Assembly (NCBI GenBank): GCA_041690395.1
Contig: JAWLHJ010000001.1
Location: 32,001-96,000 of the forward strand
Direction of reading: 5' to 3'
DNA length: 64,000 bases
From: Longimicrobiales bacterium
Lineage (GTDB): Bacteria; Gemmatimonadota; Gemmatimonadetes; Longimicrobiales; Gaopeijiaceae
The notes below the pieces were generated by a model, which saw only the letters and a program-made list of their open reading frames with translations, was not told the origin of the DNA and did not search any database. The position numbers were made by a program, and so were the translations under genes. Shown here piece after piece: positions 59,446 through 64,000 of the stretch (the first letter of the stretch is position 1; each line of letters opens with the position of its first letter).

Positions 59446-60416
59446 GTCCCCTCCATACCCGGGTCGCCCATGCGCTGGTGGGAGGTGCGTCGGGCCACCC
59501 CGGCGGGGCTCCCCGCCGCCTCGCCCGGCCCGTCTCGGCCGATCCGCTCGACCACCGGCCCGAGCTGGCGGTTGAACTTGGAGGTCATCAGCGCGGCCAC
59601 AACCTCACCTGCCCAGCCCCACCGAACCGTGTACTCATACCACAGATGCACGGCCGACCCGTCGCTGCGAGGCTGGACCTGCCATCCGCCTATCATCTCG
59701 CGGACCGGCATCGGAAAGCGCCCCGTGGTGGTGTCGAATTCCAGGACCAGTTCCCTCCCCTCGTCATCCATCACTAGAACCTCCTCCGACCACACGCTCC
59801 CCTCCCCGATCCCGCAGGTTCGCCGAATCACCCCGTTCTCCTCGGACACCTCCACCCGGGTCAGGTCGGGATAGAAATCGCCGATGCGGTCGAGCCGACG
59901 CAAGCGGTCCCACACGGCTGGGGCACTCCCTGGCACCGCACGCACGTGGTCGTACCGGCTCCTCGCGGCCGTCCGGCCGCGCCGATTCCGCGCATAGCGG
60001 GCAAGGCCGCGAAGCTGGAGGATCGCAAATCCCGCCACTGCGGCGGCGACACCGAGCACGACCAGCGTCCCTTCTCCCCCGAGCTCGTCGTGCCAGCGTG
60101 CCACTCCCGCGAAGCTGCCGAGAACCCACACTACATCCGCGGCGGTGACCGCGATCGCAGCTATCGAACCGACCGGCCGACGGCGAGCCAGAAGCCCCAC
60201 GACCACACCGAAAGCCACGAGGCCGGTACCCAGGACCCGGAGCCACCACCCCTCCGCCCCACCGAGAATTCCGGACACGGCACCGGTTCCGACGACCATT
60301 ACCAAGCCGGAGAGTGCGGAAAAGATCGCGTTCCCCGCGAGCGCGGAGCGCAGCGAGCCGTCGTCGGGGAAGCCGCGCGCCGTCAAGGTGTGATCGGCCG
60401 TGGTGTCCTCGGTCAT
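59442..60416 (-). CDS. 4-TM membrane domain fused to an SRPBCC/polyketide-cyclase domain
   Basis: ALAGNAIFSALSG...ADVVWVLGS TM region; AVWDRL...RRTC...WSEEV SRPBCC pattern. Confidence 0.7.
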   Translation of the reverse strand: MTEDTTADHTLTARGFPDDGSLRSALAGNAIFSALSGLVMVVGTGAVSGILGGAEGWWLRVLGTGLVAFGVVVGLLARRRPVGSIAAIAVTAADVVWVLGSFAGVARWHDELGGEGTLVVLGVAAAVAGFAILQLRGLARYARNRRGRTAARSRYDHVRAVPGSAPAVWDRLRRLDRIGDFYPDLTRVEVSEENGVIRRTCGIGEGSVWSEEVLVMDDEGRELVLEFDTTTGRFPMPVREMIGGWQVQPRSDGSAVHLWYEYTVRWGWAGEVVAALMTSKFNRQLGPVVERIGRDGPGEAAGSPAGVARRTSHQRMGDPGMEGT

Positions 60417-60479
60417 CTCGTCTCTCCGGCAACGTCGACGCGGGCCGGCGCCGACCCGGTAATCGAAGCCCTCCGAACC

Positions 60480-60677
60480 CTAAAGTCGGGAGCGCGGGGC
60501 TTCAATTACCTCGGAGGTCATCGCTCCCGGACGTAGTCGCCTCGGCGGCCGGTTGCCGGAGCCGGACACCCCGGCCAGCCCGAGGGCCGCACCGATCACC
60601 AGGCCAGTCGCGGCGGCGCCGAAGGCCGCCCCGAGGATCATGCCTACGCCGGCACCGATCGCGATCTGCCCGTTCAT
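60480..60677 (-). CDS. Small glycine-zipper membrane protein
   Basis: MNGQIAIGAGVGMILGAAFGAAATGLVIGAALG. Confidence 0.5.
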   Translation of the reverse strand: MNGQIAIGAGVGMILGAAFGAAATGLVIGAALGLAGVSGSGNRPPRRLRPGAMTSEVIEAPRSRL

Positions 60678-61170
60678 CGCTGCCGCACCAACTCGTAGGC
60701 AGCCTCCATCCGTGCGACGAGGCTGTCGTCGCGGACGAGATGTCCGGGTGTTCGTCCTTGCGGTACGGCCGTCACTCTGCCCGCACCGCGTGCCACGCGC
60801 CGCCCACCTTCCACCGGTACTCCACCACACTCGGCTCGTCCGGCTCCAGCTCGATGCGGTGCCCCATGGGGCACGACGAACAGGGCTCTCCGTACAAGCG
60901 CCGTGCGACCCCGGCGACGGCGCGCTCCGGGACGAATTCGCGGATGGACACGACGCCGCGCCGATCGCCCTCCAGCAGCTCGCGCTTCACCTAGAACCGC
61001 AGGTTGACCTCTTCGAAGCGTTCCAGGTGTCGAGGCCGGTGCCAGAGGGCACGAGCGGCGTATCTGAGCGTGGTCGGGTTTCTGTTCCTGGGTTGTCTCG
61101 GGATCGACGACGAAGTTGAGCGTCACCAGGTGACGCCACTCCGCCCTCAGAAACGAGGGGAAAAGTCCGG
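60674..61170 (-). pseudogene. DUF2071 (YqjF-like) pseudogene
   Basis: FLRAEWRHLVTLNF, then FEEVNLRF*VKR (premature TAG), RGVVSIREFVP...LYGEP in a different frame. Confidence 0.8.
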
Positions 61171-61423
61171 AGGTCCGCACGCTCCTACTCTCGGACGCGG
61201 ACACCGCTATCCCCGTCCTACATGGCCTAGAGCGGTCGAGCATCGTAAGCTGTCAGTTAAACTCGGTGCGTTTCAGCAAAGATAGGCGTATATGCTGGGG
61301 GCACGTCGGGAACACCTGAGCGTTATCTGGAATGGCGCATCCGGAAGCGAGTGGGTTTAGGGTAACCCAGTATCGCCGTGGGCGACCGAGTGTGCTTAGC
61401 TTCACCTGAGGGAGGTGCCGCCG

Positions 61424-62590
61424 ATGAGAGTCCGGCACGGTGGATCCTGGTGGCTGCTATTGGCGATTGGACTCCTGGTCGGATGTGGGCGCGGGTCCGC
61501 TGCGGACTCCGAACCCATTATCACCGTGGAAAGTGGCATAGAAATCGCCTCGCCTCCGCGTGTGCCGTCTTTCTCGGACTCTCGGTACCAGTGGGAGTTC
61601 ACCGTGCTCCGGGAGGTCTCCGCCGGATCCGTTGGAGCGGACGCCGAGCCGTTGGTCTACAACCCCTCCAAGGCCCTGCCCCTGCGTGACGGGACCCTCC
61701 TCTTGCATGACCCGCAGGCTGACGACCCCCTGGTCATCATTGATCCCGCAGACGGTTCAGCCCTTCACCGTTTCGGCCGCAATGGGCAGGGCCCTGGGGA
61801 ACTATCGCCCAACGTCGATCTGAGTGAGGACCGGGATGGAACGCTCCGCATACTCGCTGGCACCAACCGGCAGGTCCTAGGCTACAGTCCCGACGGAACG
61901 TACCTGGGCAGCGAGCGACTCGACTTTTCTGAAGTCCCGTTCAAGTCGCTACCGCATCCGAACGGACGATCGCATTTCGTGGAGGTCGCGACCGGCCGAC
62001 CGGGAGCTTGGGTGCGTCGTGTGGCAGTGGCTGAGGTGAACCCACCCGCACTGCTGGGTGGAGTCGACCTAGCTGAGCCGGCACCCGGCGCTCGAGGCCC
62101 CGGAATTCAGTTCGGTCGAGCGCTTTGGACGGTGCTACGTGAGCATGTCGTGACCATGCGGTCCGAGCGCCCGGTGCTGACGGTCCATGGCTTGGACGGA
62201 GACCTGGTTCGGGAGATCCGGTTGCCCTTGAGCGCGCGGACTTTGACGGAGTTCGACATCGAGCGTCAAATCGCTCTGGATGGGCCGATCGCGAGTGTGC
62301 TCGAGCCCGGGCCGGCGGTTCTGACAAACGAGCTTTATGCGGTAAACGATTCGGTCTTCGGAATGTTTCTTAGCGGACTCTGGCGCGCCGCTGGCGACCC
62401 GCCGATCCCGGGAGGTGAGATCTGGTGGAGAATGTTCTCGTTGCATGGGCGGTACATAGGAGTCGCCCAGGTGCCGGCAGATCTCTCCTGGCTCTGGCAT
62501 GGCGAGGACCGCTTCTGGGCATTCCGGGTCACCTCGGATGGCCGCCCCGTCCTTCAGGAACTCACACTCGCTCGGAAGGTGGTTGAGTGA
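61424..62590 (+). CDS. 6-bladed beta-propeller lipoprotein
   Basis: GGAGG RBS, lipobox LVGC, FGRNGQGPGEL motif. Confidence 0.75.
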   Translation: MRVRHGGSWWLLLAIGLLVGCGRGSAADSEPIITVESGIEIASPPRVPSFSDSRYQWEFTVLREVSAGSVGADAEPLVYNPSKALPLRDGTLLLHDPQADDPLVIIDPADGSALHRFGRNGQGPGELSPNVDLSEDRDGTLRILAGTNRQVLGYSPDGTYLGSERLDFSEVPFKSLPHPNGRSHFVEVATGRPGAWVRRVAVAEVNPPALLGGVDLAEPAPGARGPGIQFGRALWTVLREHVVTMRSERPVLTVHGLDGDLVREIRLPLSARTLTEFDIERQIALDGPIASVLEPGPAVLTNELYAVNDSVFGMFLSGLWRAAGDPPIPGGEIWWRMFSLHGRYIGVAQVPADLSWLWHGEDRFWAFRVTSDGRPVLQELTLARKVVE

Positions 62591-62656
62591 GCACTACTGC
62601 AGGCAGCTAGACGTGGGTAGCGGGTCTTGCTCCTTGTTTGGAGGACCATCTCGCTC

Positions 62657-63769
62657 ATGGACGCGACAAGGCTGTTCCCAATCCTGACGCTCCTCGTGTC
62701 TGCCCCAGATGCGCAGGCCCAGGAGATTCGTTCGGTCTCGGACGAGCCTGCATGTAGCTGCCGGATCGAGGCAGAACTCGTGACGACGCTCCGGGACGAC
62801 GATGGCCGCGCCGGGCTATCAACCCCGCTGGTTGTCGCGCGCACGCCGGACGGCCGGTACCTGGTCGTACCCGGCAACCGCCAGGGCGCCGTCCTCCTTT
62901 TCGACTCGTCGGGGAGCTTCGAACGACCGGTAGGCAGGCCAGGTCAGGGGCCGCAGGAGTTCCGAAATGTCATCGGTATTCAGCCTGGACTCGCCGACAG
63001 TATCCTTGTCCTGGATGCCGGCGCCGGACGGCTAACAGTGCTTGACTCCTCGCTCACCGTCGCGAGAACGATTCGCGTTCCGGACTTCAGCTCATGGTTC
63101 GGCATGACCGAGAGCGGCGAGCTTGTGCTACAAACGGCGATTCCCCGAGGTGCGTCTCAAGACCGCATCCGGGTCCTTGATCGCGGAATGACGCCGATCC
63201 GCTCCTTCATGTCTGGCGCACCCATTGGTCCGGGGGCTCCGGTACAGTCACTGCGACGGCGCCTTACCGTCAGCCCCGACGGTCGGATCGCGGTAGCCCA
63301 CAACGACCGCTACGTGGTGGAGCTCTGGAACATCTCGGGTCAACACCTCGAGACCCTGACCCGCAGCCCCGATTGGTTCCAGGCTCTACATGAAGGACCG
63401 AGCACGTCTCCTCAACGTCCATCCCCTAGACTGGAGACGCCCCGAATTGATGCCGAGGGGAGGATCTGGACCGTCTCGCACGTTCCGGACCCTGAATGGG
63501 AGAACGCGCTTGGCGAGGGAAGGGACCTGTACGGTCGAACGGTCCTCGGAAGCCGCGAAGGTGCCCAGAGTATCCTGTTGGACTCGGTCATTGAAGTGAT
63601 TGAGCCCGAGACCGCAACGCTGTTCGCATCCCTCCGCATCGATGCTCACGTGGTATTCATATCACCTGAAGGGTTTGCGGCCAGCTACAGGCAGGATGAT
63701 ATCGGGCAACCGTACGTGGATGTTTGGAAGTTCGAGTTGGTCCTTCCGCCCGCTCCCGATGTCCGCTGA
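62657..63769 (+). CDS. Secreted 6-bladed beta-propeller protein
   Basis: GGAGG RBS, signal ending AQAQ, CSCRIE, VGRPGQGPQEF motif. Confidence 0.75.
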   Translation: MDATRLFPILTLLVSAPDAQAQEIRSVSDEPACSCRIEAELVTTLRDDDGRAGLSTPLVVARTPDGRYLVVPGNRQGAVLLFDSSGSFERPVGRPGQGPQEFRNVIGIQPGLADSILVLDAGAGRLTVLDSSLTVARTIRVPDFSSWFGMTESGELVLQTAIPRGASQDRIRVLDRGMTPIRSFMSGAPIGPGAPVQSLRRRLTVSPDGRIAVAHNDRYVVELWNISGQHLETLTRSPDWFQALHEGPSTSPQRPSPRLETPRIDAEGRIWTVSHVPDPEWENALGEGRDLYGRTVLGSREGAQSILLDSVIEVIEPETATLFASLRIDAHVVFISPEGFAASYRQDDIGQPYVDVWKFELVLPPAPDVR

Positions 63770-63831
63770 ACGCAACGCCTGGTTTTCGTTGATCCCACGG
63801 AACTCCGCACAGACGACGGATCGCGCGTCGA

Positions 63832-64000
63832 CCCTCGGTGCTCGAGCCAGGTCACACCTTCGAGTCCCCCAGGAACCACGAGGCGACCACGTCCGAAAAC
63901 CAACCCGTTGCCCTTCAAGCACTTAGGCTCGGGCGCGTTTCCACACCTCCCACAGGTTTCCACACCTACGCAAAACGCCCCAGCCGCGTAAGCGACTGGG
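63832..64000. repeat. ~168-bp direct repeat copy B (runs off the window end)
   Basis: Near-identical to 50948-51115. Confidence 0.9.

Noticed and set aside
51556..63769. Integron cassette array
   Set aside because: No RYYYAAC...GTTRRRY attC structures found, mixed gene orientations, no intI.

Overview
High-GC bacterial DNA. A Gemmatimonadota-like origin is inferred from gene content (ADOP-type permease, 6-bladed propeller paralogs, many lipoproteins and beta-barrels) and is not proven. About 1-36 kb is core-like: DUF5916 protein, YbjT-like SDR, an exported caspase/CsgG/TPR/beta-barrel locus, PFK, Na+/solute symporter, PIG-L deacetylase with a nucleoside-type ABC transporter, NSS and SulP transporters, a swivel-first aconitase-family fusion, OmpA proteins, crcB, a CadC/ZntA-type pair and oxidoreductases. 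About 36.5-45 kb is a sigma54-linked surface-protein operon (FN3-repeat adhesin, Ig lipoprotein, beta-barrel) with a degenerate kinase and an NtrC-family regulator. About 45-64 kb is accessory: histidine kinase, ADOP permease, MNT-HepT, TetR detox modules, gene fragments and propellers. The accessory region is punctuated by three 30-bp 11-8-11 palindromes (TTCCACACCTT-N8-AAGGTGTGGAA) and two ~168-bp direct repeats carrying the same half-site in direct orientation, suggesting an integrase-less tandem array of site-specifically accreted cargo modules. A ~305-bp MITE with 33-bp perfect inverted ends sits exactly in a TAATG stop/start overlap between an unannotated 43-aa membrane protein and the symporter. 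No rRNA, intact tRNA, CRISPR array, transposase or integrase was recognised.
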